This document shows positions 35,888-50,367 of a stretch of 64,000 nt of DNA, one piece after another. This stretch comes from Tubulanus polymorphus. Lineage: Eukaryota; Animalia; Nemertea. The notes below the pieces were generated by a model that was not told the origin of the DNA, made no database searches, and was given only the letters and a program-made list of their open reading frames with translations. Numbering within the stretch: position 1 is the stretch's first letter; every line of letters begins with the position of its first letter. The position numbers were made by a program, and so were the translations under genes. The DNA lies in contig NC_134025.1 in assembly GCF_964204645.1 (NCBI RefSeq), positions 27,694,299 through 27,758,298 of the forward strand. Reading direction: 5' to 3'.

Positions 35888-37709
35888 GATTTATTTGTGT
35901 GATTAAGATTGTATACGAATTAAATACGAAGGATTATGATATCATATTATTCGCTTCGTTTCATGGTTTATAGCAAGTCTATACTTAAGTGCCACTTTTT
36001 GGAAAAACAAGGCCCTGATTTGTGTTTGTGTTTGTTACTTATTACAAAAATTGTTTCAAGTGTATCCTGATATCAGGAATACTGGAGGTTTCCTGATGAT
36101 AACTATTTGGATATAGTTGAAATGTCAAATCAATTACTATCTCAAAGAAACGTTTTTGCACTTTATTTTATCGTTATTATTGTGGGATTCTCTTCACATT
36201 ATCATTACAACATGTATAGTATCGTATCAATGGTGATAAAGCAGTTAAGTTTATCATGGAGGCAATTCATTAAAAAAGTGCTACCTTTTTCCGCGCTAAA
36301 AGTTCTTACCAATACTATGCCTTACTATTAGAAACCATGTTTTTGTTTTTGCATTAAATTCGTTTACATCTTGATTTATGGATTGTTCATTAACCTCAAG
36401 GACGTTGCCCACACACTGCAGCCAGCCTGACTGGAACTTACATGTCGCTCAGCACCGATAGTGAATACAATCAGCATCACGCCTTCATCCCACTGAGACA
36501 CCGAGGCAACTGTTACGTTTAGTTCGATCTTGGAGCTCCAAGGTCGGATGTTGCTTCGATGAAGCCGATTCCTTCGCTATTGAATCCTCGAATATCCATA
36601 ATCAAAACAAATCAAATGGAATAAGATAACTTTTTTGAATATCCATTTATATTATTATTGCACAGCATTATTAGAAAGAGACTACAAAGCGCTTGTGTAG
36701 CCAAGACATTTATTATAGATGGCAAGTCAGGTGAATATTATTTCATGCTGTTATGACACGCGTAAACAAATAAATTTCTTATGCCTCTTTACAAGTACAT
36801 ATTAGTATCACAGACAACTATTTGAGCTCTACAAAAGACGGATCAAGAGGCGGACAGAAGTAGACATGCCATTCATTACATATTTTACAAGAAAAGATGA
36901 ATTCGAAGGTGGTAAAATGTGTCTCGATGAAGACATGATTACACATGAAGATTGTATGTTCTATTAGCCCTCCACTTTACCATGACGCATCCACGTTCCA
37001 GAATTTTGAATATAGTGGGTTTTAAACCTCTTAGGTAATTTGACAATCCATGAATGGGGTGTGTGGTTTATCTGTCAGAGATACGAAAAAAGGAGCATAA
37101 TGATGACACGATTGCTAGATGGTAAATTTTGTGAATCTGGGAACGAGTATGTCCTAACTTCTTACTCAAGAAGTGAAGGGCCTGGCTATGTTCAACGTCT
37201 ATGTACATAACTTGATTTCTGTGAAAAGAACTCATCATACCGGTATCTCGTTTTTAAAAACATGATCATTTTTTATAAAACATTGACATATCTCTAACAC
37301 TATTTGATACTCAATAAGCAAATGCATTTGATATATTCCTAAATGTTCTACCACAATATCAATTTATAAAATATCAGTGAATTAAAATATGAATCGCTTA
37401 AACATAATCCATAAAAGTGAGTCATCGAATGACAATAGAACGAGGTAATGGAGACAAAACAATTAAACTTCTCAAGATTCTTCAATAAACAACATTAGCA
37501 GCTTTTAAAATGTGCTTCATTCAAAGGATAACAACCATAAAATCAATATCATGGAATGTTGTTAAAATTCTCACTTCTCAGGAAAATATCTTACAGCCAC
37601 CTCATATTAAAATGCAATTGCAACACACTCAAACAATGTAATGTTTTTAGGCTGGCTCACACTCCCAGAAGATAAAATCTGGCAGAATCAACGATGGCGT
37701 CGCGGATCT

Positions 37710-40700
37710 CTATCCAGTTGTATGCTTGGAAGACTCAAACACACCTTTTTTAAAGAACTGCGAAAACTCGACGAGAACATGTTTTGTGATGGCTTTGTTT
37801 TTGTTTGGATGGAGAGGACAACATGGATGCCGTGCACAGATTTCGATTATATTCCGTAAGTAGCTCTACAAAGGATTTAGATTAAAAAAACAGCAATAAA
37901 TAAAACATCTTTTCTTCAAAAGGTATAAGTGATTGATCAGTTCCATACCTCGAGCTGTCCTCGCCTTTCTGCTACAATTTTTTCTGAACGGTTTCCAAAG
38001 AAACGTTTTGGAGGGAATGCTAAAGCAGTAACCTGAAATTGCCAACATCAATACTTGCATATCATTTACTCTCAACATGGAACATTTGTAAAGAAACATC
38101 ATCAAAATATCAATGATGGACTTACATCGGGATAAAGGTGTTTTAATCTGGCATGTAGTTCTCTAAATTTGCTGTACCTTCGGAATATGGACCAAGTATC
38201 TTCATTAACTGTGATCTGTAAAGGGAGAACACAACATATCTATTGTCTATTATATAGAATCAATGATCTTCACCACTCTCTAACATTGATAAGTGCATAC
38301 CTTCACTTCAAACTCATAATGTGCATCTATGCCATAACCTCTCAATGTAAAGGTAGGGATGATCATCTGAATAGCTTCAGAGGCTGTCAACCTAGTAGGT
38401 GAGGGATGGAAGTGAGGTCGGTCATTATCCTAAAAAGAGAAAATGAAGATGAAGGCCTAGAAATCAAATTTATTTTCTTGACAATATTTGAATGATAGTT
38501 CACAAACTTCATATTTCTGACGAATTTTTTCTCTGTTCGTATTTGCTTCTGGACTCTAGAAAAAATATAAAGAAATTTACGTGCATGACAAGAATGAAAC
38601 TGAAGAATCACAGGATTCTATCATTATAAACTTACCATGTGACTTGCATAAGGATTAGCAATTGTCTGTGGACCGTTATGGTTAAAAATATTAGGCGACA
38701 GTCTAAAATATACAATCAAACTCAATTCATATTCAAAACGACAAATGACAAATGTATGCACATCATATTGAAGGAAGATTATACAATGAATACCTGGCTG
38801 GAGATGATTGCTCAACATTCAATCTAGACTCATATTGCTGTCTCAACTGTTGCATTTCTCTATCATGCTGTCGTTTCATTTTTGTCATTTCGTCTTCTCT
38901 TTCTTTTCGTTCTTTTTCGCGTTCCATTCGTCGCTGTTTTTCGCGCTGGACTTTCTCCTCGAATAAACGCTGCTTTACTTCTTGTTCAACGAGGGCATTT
39001 ATTCTAAAGTACAAATACTAGGGCACTACATATCACAGTAAAATATTACTCAATCCAAAATTCGTACAACTAGTCAATTATCTTTAGTACCTTTCTTCGT
39101 TTTCCATTTCCTGCAGTTTATATTTCTCTAATTCAATGCGCTCTTGTTCTCTTTGTCTTTCATCCTCGAATGCTCTCCTCTTCTCCTCCAGTTCTTCCTC
39201 GCCTTGCACAAATTGTTGCTTGCATTCTTCCATTTCCTGGGATTCAATCACAAATAAAAGCATACAGTAAAACCTGAGTATCGCTAAAAGTAACTACCAT
39301 TTCACAGAAAGCGAAAAATACAGACCTTGATTTTAGCTTGAAGTTTCTCTAGATCAGTCTCCTTTCTCTCTAATTTCTGCGAATCTAAAAAGCGATTTCG
39401 AAACTCATGTTATCGGCCCATGTCCAAACATGACTTGTACAAAAATTCAATGAAATTTTCATAATACCACATCGTACCTTCTTCGATTTCTATTTCCTGT
39501 TTCTTTTCTTCTGCCAACCTAAAATCGCATTCCACAAAAGCAAAATTCATAAATTGACTGGTAAGGCATATTTCTCATGTTATAGGCGAATGCTTACTTG
39601 ATCATTTCCTCAGCTATTTCGTCAATCTCTTTTTCTGCATCACCACTTTCATCAGCCAAATAATCTTCATCCGATTCAGAGATACCAATTGATTCATCGG
39701 TTTCACTTTCTTTGTATTCAATGTCAATATCAATTCTATCAATCAAATAACTGTGCATGTTGAATATGGTATTTTATGGTTTTGTAACTTATGCACGATC
39801 ATTTATAAGACAATTGAAAACCTCATTCAAATGAAATTTATCTTACTTTTGAATATATTCAGATTCTGCAGCTACTGCAGCCAATATACTATTATTCAAC
39901 TCTTCAATTGTACGTTCCATTTTCTCGACATTGCGATATCGATTTTCTATATCCTGACGTATCACAGTAATATTTTCATTTTCTCGATTAGCTACCAGTT
40001 TCTTATTTTCATCGAGAAGTGCTGCTTCATTTTGTGAGTACTCTTTTAATTCTTGTGATTCTCTTCCTATCTCAGCTTCTTCTTCGCTTTGTTTCGAGTC
40101 AAGGGTTAATTCAAATTCCTTCAATTCCTCTTCAATTTGATCCAATTCAGCCCATTCTTGTTCCAATATTTTACGTTGCTCATCGGTCTCGACCAACTCG
40201 AGCTTGTTTTTTACTTCCTTTTGTCTTTTTGCTAATTCTTCTCCAGCTTCAGTTAGTTTTTGTCTTTCTTCTTCGATATTCTTTTTACATTTGTCTTTAC
40301 GTTCTGTAAGTTGTTTCTCTCTATCAGTCACATACTGATGAAGTTTTTTCTCCCGTTCCAATAACTTATGTTTTTCAACATAAAGTTCAGTATTTGGTGA
40401 TGAAAAGTCATCAGTAATTTCTATATTTTCACCGTTTGCGAGTCTTTGAGCTATACACAACTCTTCTTTCAATTTTTCGATGACATTTTGCTCGTTTTCA
40501 ATATGTTTCAATTCTTTTTCTTTGTTGATTTCTAGTTTTTCCTCTCGTAATCTTTCTTTCTCAATTTGGTGCTCTTGTATCTGTTTTTCCATGTCAATGC
40601 TCTTACGCCTCAAATTTTCTTGAAGCTGAAATGTAAAAACCCAGAATTATCGAAAATCTTTTTGAGGTAATGTACCAAACTGTTCGATGTAGACCAACCC

Positions 40701-43700
40701 GTTGAACTTCATTTTTGGTTCGTTCTGCATCTAGTTTTAACTTGTCTAAGAACAGACGTTTGGCTTCTAATTCATCTTCTTTTTCTTTCTGTTCCAACAA
40801 ACGAGCCTCTTCAGCTTGTCGGAATTTATCTTCCAATTCTTCTATTTGTCTCCTGAATTAGGAAAAAGGCAATAAATATTTTGGTCTTACCAGTATAATA
40901 GAGTTGTTCGGGCAGGTGTGCATTAGATTACTCCGTTGAATTACAGACAGATTAAGAAAACCACCATAAAACATTGGAAAAAGACAATGAAAGAGCGAAT
41001 TCCAAAAAATTTTCCCTCACAAAAATATATGAAAAATTAAATAGCGATAAAGGCGACATATATCTGAGCTTCACCGACATAGTCATGGTATAGTAAACTT
41101 CTACATAATGAGATGAGTCCCTGTCAAAAGAATAATGTAAAATTATCATGATATTATGATATATATCACACCATACATACCGGTACATACAATATCAAAT
41201 CAAGTTTCTCGTACCTTTTCTCTTCAAGTTCTTCAAGTTGTTTTGTATTACGGTCTTCCATTTCCCAACTGAAATGTAATCAAATAGACAAAAATGTCGG
41301 TAGTTTAAACGCAAGTAGTTAGTAAAATAAACGAAGAGTCTCTTGAAATAACAAGTATCAAAACTAACCATGCTGACAGATTATCAGTGGATCTAGCTAT
41401 ATCAGAAATTGATTGACTTAGAAACGATGTTCGACTCAAATTAGCATTTGACTGAAATTACAAACAATGAAGATGTATTATAGCAGAGTCAAAATTCTGT
41501 AAATATGTTAATACGTACAGAATCGAACAGTCATAACGAAAAAACATTATAAGTCCAAAAATATAGTCGAAACTATACTAGCTCAAGGAACCATTTTCAG
41601 ACTTAATATTCTTTTTTCGTTATTATTGCGAGATTCTCTGATTATAGATCATCACAACTCAGATATAGTGTTTTATCAATGGTTATCTGTAAATACGTAT
41701 TATTTTCTTACTCCAGTCTCACGATCTTTTCGTAATTGTTGGGCCTCGGCAGGATTGTTGAATCGAAACATGTTTGTTTTCCCGAGAAGTATAACGGCTC
41801 CTTGCTTCAATTGAACTTGATCTCGTACATAAGCTCCGTTTACCATACACATCGGACTTAACGGATACAGTGTAACTACACCATTGTCATTTTCTATCAC
41901 GCAATGTTCACTTTTCAATTCCAAACCGGCCAAAACTAAAAATATACAGGACTTTTCAATGGCAGCTTTATTTACACAGTACTTATGTTCACCAATCGAA
42001 AGGCTCACCAATATTCTGCTCTAATTCGGCTTCACCAGTTCCAATAGTTGTCTTGCCTTCCTTCAAATGGTATAACATGATTCCAGTGCTTAGTATGTCA
42101 TCATCAATTCCGATCAAATGAGGTAACTCCGAATCGAGGATGACTCCGAGTCCTTCTTTGCGTAACTCCATTCTTTGCTCCTGAAAACCACAATAATTGA
42201 ACATGGAATACAGAGACTGAAAAACAGTTTTTAAGTTAATCTTACCCTTAAAATATGATGTGCTTCCTTCCATTTCCCGGTCCATTCATCGGTCAAAACT
42301 TTGATCTAAATAGAAAATTTGTGGTTTCATTTGAAACTGGCTCAACATGATAACTCAATAAGTGGTTTAAGTTTGTACATAAGGTATACACACCCTGGCT
42401 TCATTCTCGTGAAGTCTTTCCTGGACTTTTGGTGAAGTCATTTTATCCTGCAAGAAATCAGAATTTTTACTTCTTCTTATGGCAGGTACAATATCTATTC
42501 AATACTATCTCCCGAAATTCCGTACTCACGATATTTCCACCCAGCAAAGCTTTCAATCTATCTATTTCAGCTCTTAGCTCACGTATAAGTTTCACATTAG
42601 GATCCTGGAATCAAATAATAGGTACTATTTCAAATTTGCTAGTTACATATTACATGTTTGTTTAGCAGTACTAGTCTTAATACCTCATTAACTGTAGGTT
42701 TGTTGATTATGTCCTTAGCTCTATTTGCATAACGTAACGTACTCAAAGATTCGGCATAATTCACATCAGCAGGAGATATAGCTACAAAATAATAATAGAA
42801 TTCATCTTTTTCAGTTTTTAGTAGACTATACTAAATCATTTATTGGCCAGACATTGAAATTAACTTACTTGCTACCATGATTGTTTTCGCATTTCCTCCA
42901 AGACTATCTTTTAACAGCCACGTAAGTACAGAGTCTCTGTATGGTATATATGCTTGCCTTCCTTTCTTTTCACTCATATCAGCTTCAATTAAACATCATC
43001 ACAAAATGTAATGCATACGACTATCATTAGCATTGAAGCTGGGTTCTGGTTTATTCTTACCTAACAGTGATATAACATTTCCTAATGTTACTAACGATTT
43101 GTTAATGCTAGCACCTTCTTTTAATCTCTGTCCAGTAGCACCAGTTGCATCTGCTCGCTCACTGAAGCAAACAGTTTTAGATATATATCGCAGTATCTTA
43201 TATACCTACATCTTATCCCAGTAATAGTATCAAACCTTAACTTACCTTCCTGCTAAATCGACCAAGTTGATCTTACTGGTCATTTCACTCGGCATATTTT
43301 TATTAAACTTGGCCTGAAATGACATTCAAAGTTTCAGGTGGACAAATGTGAATAAAAATTCATATTAACAAATCTGTTTTTATTCTTAATTTACCTGAGT
43401 GAATTTGATTGTAAATATCGCATGGGAACGACTGCTTGTATCATTCATGTTTGTACTCGCTGTAGTCCTATATTAAATACAATAACATAATTCATAGAAA
43501 ATTCAAGTTCCATTGTTTATCAAAAGCGTAGTTCATGTTCTATATAGCTCATATTCTACCTCTGCACATTCCCTTTATCCATGAGTTCCTTTACATCGCT
43601 ATAATTTGCAACAATGTGGTTTGACAATTCTGAAAGTTACCAAAAATAAAAGATCTAATTAATTCACAATCATGATTGTAGAAAGCTATTGATTTTTCAA

Positions 43701-45003
43701 GACATACCTTGGACGTACGGTCCATACTTAGGATGTTCGCGCACTCTGAGTGTATGAAGTTCAGCGTTATCTTTCGCTGGACAAAGCAAATCTCGAACTT
43801 TTTCATTGTAAATCTCTAGATAACTACGTAATGATGAAATATTTATAATATATCGTAATACATTCATTATTCATACAACCGGTATTTCTAGAATCGGAAT
43901 TCTATTGTATACCTAACTTCCACTCTGTACGTGACTTCATCCATATCACGAGAAACCATTTTTGAAAATAAACCCTTAAATGAAAAAGAATCAATAAGAA
44001 AACCACACATTGGATTAAGAAATACGTTATCCGATAAATCTAAGGACACTATAAAATCTTACATGGCAAATTCTTGGAATCAGTCCTTCATCAGCCTATA
44101 TAAGAGAGAGAGAGTATCATATTAAGTACTGGTTAAATGTGGCTGATAATCTACAGTAATGAAATTGGTAGCGTTACCTCTGTTCCCATCATTGTATAAG
44201 TTTTTCCAGATCCAGTCTGTCCATAAGCGAATATACACGCATTGTAACCATCATACGCAAAATTTATCACATCTTTACCAATATCATTGAAGACCTATGA
44301 TTGAATTACAGAGCATTATTGATGTATCATGACGCTTGGATCAGATAGTTTGAAAACCAGTTGGATTAACCAACAATACCTGTTCTTGTGACGCATAATT
44401 CTTATCTGTTCGGTCCATCGTGCAGTATGAAAAATCGAATGTAAATTTTTTCTCTCTTTCCCTGCCGACATCTCCCACTGTTTGTCCTAGCGAAACCGGC
44501 AGCTAAAATTACAAAAATCTCATGTCGTTAGAATCTGTTAATCCTTACATACAGAAATACAATTCCAACAGACATTCATTAGATTTACCTTTGTATTTGT
44601 AATAGTTGTTGTTTTCGCATTCATACTGATAATAATGTCACTCTCCATCCTTTTCTCCCTAAAAGAAAAATCACAATGACATTTCAATTAAGTTGTTCGA
44701 ATAGAATCCAAAATAATGAAGAAGGTAACGAAAAGAAACTTTTTAAGGATATTGATCCAACGAATATTTTGAAGGCAAATGGCTCATATATTACCAGTCC
44801 CATCAAATCGAAGCTAAAAGGATGTTTTATTAGGTTTTTCAATGGATGCCGAGTGTTTCTGAACCCCCGACGTTAGTTTGACAGCTATATGTTATGCTAC
44901 AGGCACCTATGGCAAGTGAGTATATTTCTCCACAACAGTGAATTACGCATTAATACCTCTCATTAATCGGTCTAACCCGCACAGCAACTTTTACTGATGC
45001 CAT
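37710..45003 (-). CDS. KIF16B: Kinesin-3 KIF16B-like motor (motor, FHA, coiled coil, C-terminal PX domain); many short exons
   Basis: Starts [16 protein letters not shown] (exon 45003-44957, then 44658-44589). P-loop GQTGSGKT (about 44200-44223), SSRSH, DLAGSER and [15 protein letters not shown] region [14 protein letters not shown] to MFRFNNP; coiled coil about 38.8-41.3 kb; PX domain [10 protein letters not shown]. Stop TAG at 37710-37712. Internal exon boundaries were not all resolved. Confidence 0.92.
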
Positions 45004-45244
45004 TTTTATACTTTCAAACGTTCTTTCTAACTGTATTTATCCCATAACGTGCTGATCGTTGCTTTAGATATGATAAAAATTGTATTTTATGCGGAATTTC
45101 CAGCTTTCGATATCTGTCAAAACTGCGCGACAAACATAATGCTCGTAGCTACCGAATCGTGGACCCGGAAGAGAAAATTACTGATGACAATTCCTGAAGA
45201 GAATCCGTAATAAAAAGCGTCTATCGTGGGATAAAACATCAATA
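45004..45244. promoter_or_regulatory. Putative bidirectional promoter between KIF16B and ACTR10
   Basis: Divergent ATGs are separated by only 241 bp. ETS-like CCGGAAG at 45165-45171. Confidence 0.75.
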
Positions 45245-47803
45245 ATGCCTTTATTTGAGGGTATTGGATTCACTTCTGAAAAAACAGCCGTCATTTTGGA
45301 TATCGGTGCCGCTTATACCAAGTAAATATATCGATATTTAAATCGTAGTTGTACTAAGTACCAAAAGAAACCGACATACCTATTAAAACATTTTTGTTCT
45401 ATTGGCCTTGAATATCACGATTTTATTTGTAGGTGTGGATTTGCAGGAGAAATTGCGCCCAGATGTATAATCCAAACCAAAATAAAAAACAGATCAGGCC
45501 AGGTAAGAAAATAATACACAATATATGCCTTATGCCATATATAGCCTACATTGTTGTTTGTTGTTGATTTGTTGGTTTAGGCCTATCATCTAATCTTGTC
45601 AATACTTCATGTTCAAGAATATCATCGGTGCTTCTTTTGATAATTATGAAAAAAATGATATTATTCCAGGAGGTGAATTTCTGTAAATCAACAAATCCAG
45701 ATGAATTGTTTGAACTGTTAAAAAACTTTCTACACAAACTGTACTTCAGGTAGTTACTCACTAATACATAGGCCTATAGGCTAGCTTAGAACATTTGAGA
45801 AATTTATTTTACATTGGTTTTTATTTAGGCATTTACTTGTGAATCCAAAGGACAGAAGGGTAGTGATTTGTGAATCATTGCTTGCACCTGCTTATTTCCG
45901 TGACACATTAGCCAGGGTTCTTTTCAAGCACTACGAGGTAAGTTTACAGATTCAGTAATTGGAAATAGATGGGACTATTTCTTTTAGTATAATATAAATA
46001 TATATTTCAGGTTCCTTCGGTTTTGTTTGCTCCCCATCATCAGCTGTCATTATTTACGCTTGGTAATTCATCAGGATTAGTTATGGATCTTGGTTACTCT
46101 GAAACACTAGTCATACCTGTATCCTTTTACAATATATGCAATTTCGAACGTTGAACGAATCATCACATCATATATCATATCAACTAGTTTTCTATTGTCT
46201 TTAACTGAGATTTCATAGATATATGAAGGAATCCCTGTTCTGAAAGCCTGGGAATCTGTGCCACTAGGCGGAGAGGCATTACACAGGTGATTTTAACATA
46301 TTTTCACTTTTAAAGAGATATTTTAAAAGTACAGAAAGAGACTTTTAGATTTGAAATGGTCCAATGATTTTTCAGTCGATTGGAGAAGATATTACTAGAA
46401 ACAGCTACAGTGACAACGGATCAGGATTCAGAGAAACCTTTGTCATCCGCTGTTAGTAAGTATCACAGCAAAAACATTGGCCATAATATTTGATACAAGT
46501 AAAACTTTTCATAGATATTTGAATTCACAATTCTCTCATTCCAGGTTCTCTTAGTGAAAAGGTGTTAGAAGATATCAAAGGTGTGTACAACGTATAATGA
46601 TTGAGAGCATTTCAGTGTAGATTTCAGAAATGTCCATTTTGTGAATGTTTTATTTGATTTGTTTCTAGTTCGTTGTTGTTTTGTCACTAAGTTAGAACGT
46701 GCCAAATTAATACAAGATAATGCATTGAAAGCGCACGGATTTAAAGAAGGTGACAAATCCGAGGTCAGTATTATGGCGGATTGCTTCAATGGATAACAGT
46801 TTGTATCATGTGTCTGATTTTAAAGTACATCTTACATTTATAGTTACCGCCTCCACCACCAGGTGTAAAATATCCATTAGACGGAGGCAAGATGCTATTT
46901 ATAGAAGGCAGAATAAGGTAAATATGAAATCTTTTTATGTGGAACATCTTACTCTCTAACCTGTCTATAACGAATTGTTATAAAATTCGTGATTGATTTC
47001 ATAATGGATATGATGTGATCTGATATGATTTAATTGCAAAATTTTTTTACAATAAATACACTATTCTAGCAAATCAATGTTCCATTAGATTATGAGGAAT
47101 TATGATGAAATCAAATTTTATGGTCCTTTGAAGTTTGACGTAACCACAAGCTTGTTCTATTGTGATAATGAGATGTTTTTGATTATTTTATGGTTTTTCA
47201 GAGAGAATTTGTGCGAGTTGTTGTTTGAACAGGATAATGAAGAGAAGTCAGTTGCAACTCTTATCCTCGATTCTATCTTAAAGGTAAGTGTTAAACAGTT
47301 GAATGAACAGTTGAACGTTAATAATCGTTTGTCTTCAAATCGATTTATTTTCGATGATAATTTCAGTGTCCTATCGACATGCGGCGGTATATGGCTGAAA
47401 ATCTGGTTATAACCGGTGGCACTTCTATGTTACCCGGTTTTAAAGCGAGGTTAAAGGACGAGTTGATCAGTCTTTCTGAGCAGCCGAAATACAAGAATAA
47501 ATTGACTCTCGGAGAGTTTAAATTCCATGAACTTCCAGCAAAGGAGAACTACGCCGCTTGGCTCGGAGGTAAATGCTGAATGTTTAAAACCAATAAAAAG
47601 TCCACTTTCTTCCTATAACAGTCTTTTTTATGGTGTGCGTATTTATACTCTTAGGAGCTCTATTTGGTGCGCTGGAAATCCTTGCAGGACGTTCTCTGAC
47701 TAAAGAGAAGTACAAGGAAACTGGATTAATACCAGACTGGGCTTCGATAGCTAAGGAACCCGAAGCTGAAGAAGAAAAGACCGCTCCGTTGAGGCAACGA
47801 TAA
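45245..47803 (+). CDS. ACTR10: Actin-related protein 10 (dynactin Arp11), multi-exon
   Basis: Motifs [71 protein letters not shown] and AWLGGALFG. Last exon 47655-47803 ends in TAA. Confidence 0.95.
46119..46218 (+). other. U12-type (minor spliceosome) GT-AG intron in ACTR10
   Basis: 5' splice site GTATCCTTT; branch site TCTTTAAC at 46198-46205, close to the AG at 46217-46218. Removal joins ETLVIP to IYEGIP in frame. Confidence 0.9.
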
Positions 47804-49749
47804 AGAGGCTTTCATCATTTCTATTTGTGCTATAGACTCCAGAATATTCAATAAGCATCGGTGGTGACCGTGAAAACCCTTTAAATCCCTGTGAGGAAGA
47901 TCAGATAACTAGACTGAAAACATTATTGTTCTGCTTAATTAGCTGTGGATCTGGGATCTTTTATGTGCTGTCGTTCAGTGAAGATCATGTATAAAAATCT
48001 TAACGTCATTTTCATTTAGGAATAAAACTATAATGATATTATTATTATTCAAACGCATTTTATCGTTATTACTTCGTTATAAGCTTGTTTACCAGAGGAT
48101 TCTGAAGGACAGAATATGGGCTTTAAAAAAACGAAGATGCACAAATTATTCTAATCCCTAGCATGAAGTCGGTTGAACGTGATTGCACTACTATGTGTAC
48201 TTATTATATCCTTAGTTCGTTCGGTGAGGTACCGAAATGGTGCTGGGTAAAAAACACCGCGAACGAAATCCGGTCTCTAGTTACATAAATGCATTTTTGA
48301 AGGCATTCGATATTTATTTAACTAGCAAATCTTGCATGGCGTGGATTCCTAGACGAGTTAACTATAACAAAATAACCAACGACGTTCTCTTATCATGGTT
48401 ACCAGTGTTGACTCAACAATTCTCCATTTCCGTCAAAACCCGCTAGAAATGCGGTGGCTGTTTGCATAATATTCCCCTAGTTATTTGCAGAAATCATAAC
48501 TATCCATGATTCGCTTCACCCTTTCGTTTTTCTAATAGTTGCCGTATCGTATTTTGTTATGTAAACTGGTACATTTGTTGTGGGAATAACTGGTCCGTGT
48601 ACTGTATGATACGGTTCCCATAGATTTGTACGAGTTCTCTTAAACGGCTTGGCCCCCGATCCATCATTGTAGATAACCTGACAATGATATTTATACACGA
48701 TATTTCTCTTGAGAAATACACAATGTTATCAGCTTTTTCGACGGATTCTCATTGATAGAAATTACATATATACCTTTATCCAGACATTGGAAGTATAAAA
48801 CCAACCGAGATCAAGTATGATTACGGCGCAGTTAAGTGAAAAAAACCCGCATAAGCATTTCTATCAAATTAAAAAAACGCCAAAACTATTTGTAAAACCA
48901 CAAATCCTGTTACGCGGTATTTGGGCTCTCGTCAAATCTCCTCAGGGGACATTTGCATTCTTCATTGTTCAATGAATGTTCACAAATATTCTTCAGAAAT
49001 GACATCCAACGTCCCAGACTTCGGGTTCAGACAGTCGAACATAGAAGGTACGAAGATAAAAAAGAAAATCTGACTAGTAAATGGACAGCTTTATGGTAAA
49101 CATACGTATGAAAATATTTATTACATGATCATATAACCATCCGAATTTATATACAGGATATAAAGTCTACCTAACACTAAAACAAAAATATCTATTTGGA
49201 TTCTTAACATCAATTCTCCAATCTAAAAGAAACCACTACAAATAAAGAGTAGAATATACAAAACAAATAGTTACATTAAAAACCAATCAAAAATTATTAT
49301 TCACAAATCAATTTTGTCCTACAAACTTACCAATAGTATGAACAATACGTATTTATGTTTGAAATTCGTTAGAACATCTCTACACAAATTGAATTGACAC
49401 GCGATTCTAAATTGCATCACAAGCAATTTTGTACAATCATATAGAAATATATACAAAAGCGTTTATATCTCTTATGTTCATCACCATTGAATTATTAAGG
49501 TTTTTGGAATATGAAAAATAATAAAGTCACTCAATTATATTTTGCAAAAACAAACTTGATTGGAAATCGACACTCGAGTTAGTGAAAACTGGTACTAGCC
49601 ATATGCATGCAGTTTAATTTGAAAATATATATGATATTTTACATGCCATTTTTTATGCCACTGGAAACATACTGGAAATAATAGTAATTACAATCTCAAA
49701 TCGAAAACAGTATCGCGAGCAGTATCTGAAAAGTTGGTCATGATTCGCC

Positions 49750-50367
49750 CTACCGGACATCTGCGAAAGGATGATAGCGCGATGAAAACGTTTTTGTCGG
49801 GATCGGTCTCCAGATATTTGGTCGTTCGTTGACGGACGAAAGTTCCCATAATGACTGACTGGATGGCGCGCGTCTGGGCACTGCCCCTGGAAAACCTTTT
49901 ACATGTTCGATCGGTAATAAGTTCGCATAATTCCACAAATATCCATACGGTAATGTCGGTTCTAGCTGTAGTTTTTGATTCGAGGGTAATCCTGTCGTAA
50001 CTATTTGTTCCATCGGCGCTGTTTGAGGCCGGGGTGGCTGGACAGCGCTACTGTGATGATGCCCGCTATAGTTTTGACGCAACGGATCGAATAGTTCTTT
50101 CCCGTAAAATGTACATTGATTACAGCACGGTAATCCGCACGAAGCTCTAGTCATTGTCTGGCTGTATTTTGGAACGTTTGGTTCCTGCCAAAACGAAGCG
50201 GGAAGGTTTCTTAATCTGAGAGGAACGCTTCTCGAATTATCCGAATTTCTGATTTCGGGGCCGACATCTGTTTTTCGCGATGGAGAAGGCGATGAATCGC
50301 TATGAATTTTTGTCGCTTCTCGTTCATTTTTCTGTTCATCTGCAGTTATACTTGGCGGCGTCGCCAT
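49750..50367 (-). CDS. FAM181-like protein with a TEAD-binding omega-loop motif (about 205 aa from the first in-frame ATG)
   Basis: VPLRLRNLPASFWQEP (50179-50226) matches the YAP/FAM181/PERCC1 omega-loop pattern PxRxRxLPxSF[FW]xxP. C-terminal RPIPTK resembles FAM181A KPIPTK. The ORF track start at 50496 is not an ATG. Splice acceptor at about 50659. Confidence 0.8.
   Translation of the reverse strand: MATPPSITADEQKNEREATKIHSDSSPSPSRKTDVGPEIRNSDNSRSVPLRLRNLPASFWQEPNVPKYSQTMTRASCGLPCCNQCTFYGKELFDPLRQNYSGHHHSSAVQPPRPQTAPMEQIVTTGLPSNQKLQLEPTLPYGYLWNYANLLPIEHVKGFPGAVPRRAPSSQSLWELSSVNERPNIWRPIPTKTFSSRYHPFADVR

Noticed and set aside
36400-36590. GC-richer island between MRPL14 and the KIF16B 3' end
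   Set aside because: No convincing ORF, splice signals or RNA fold were identified.
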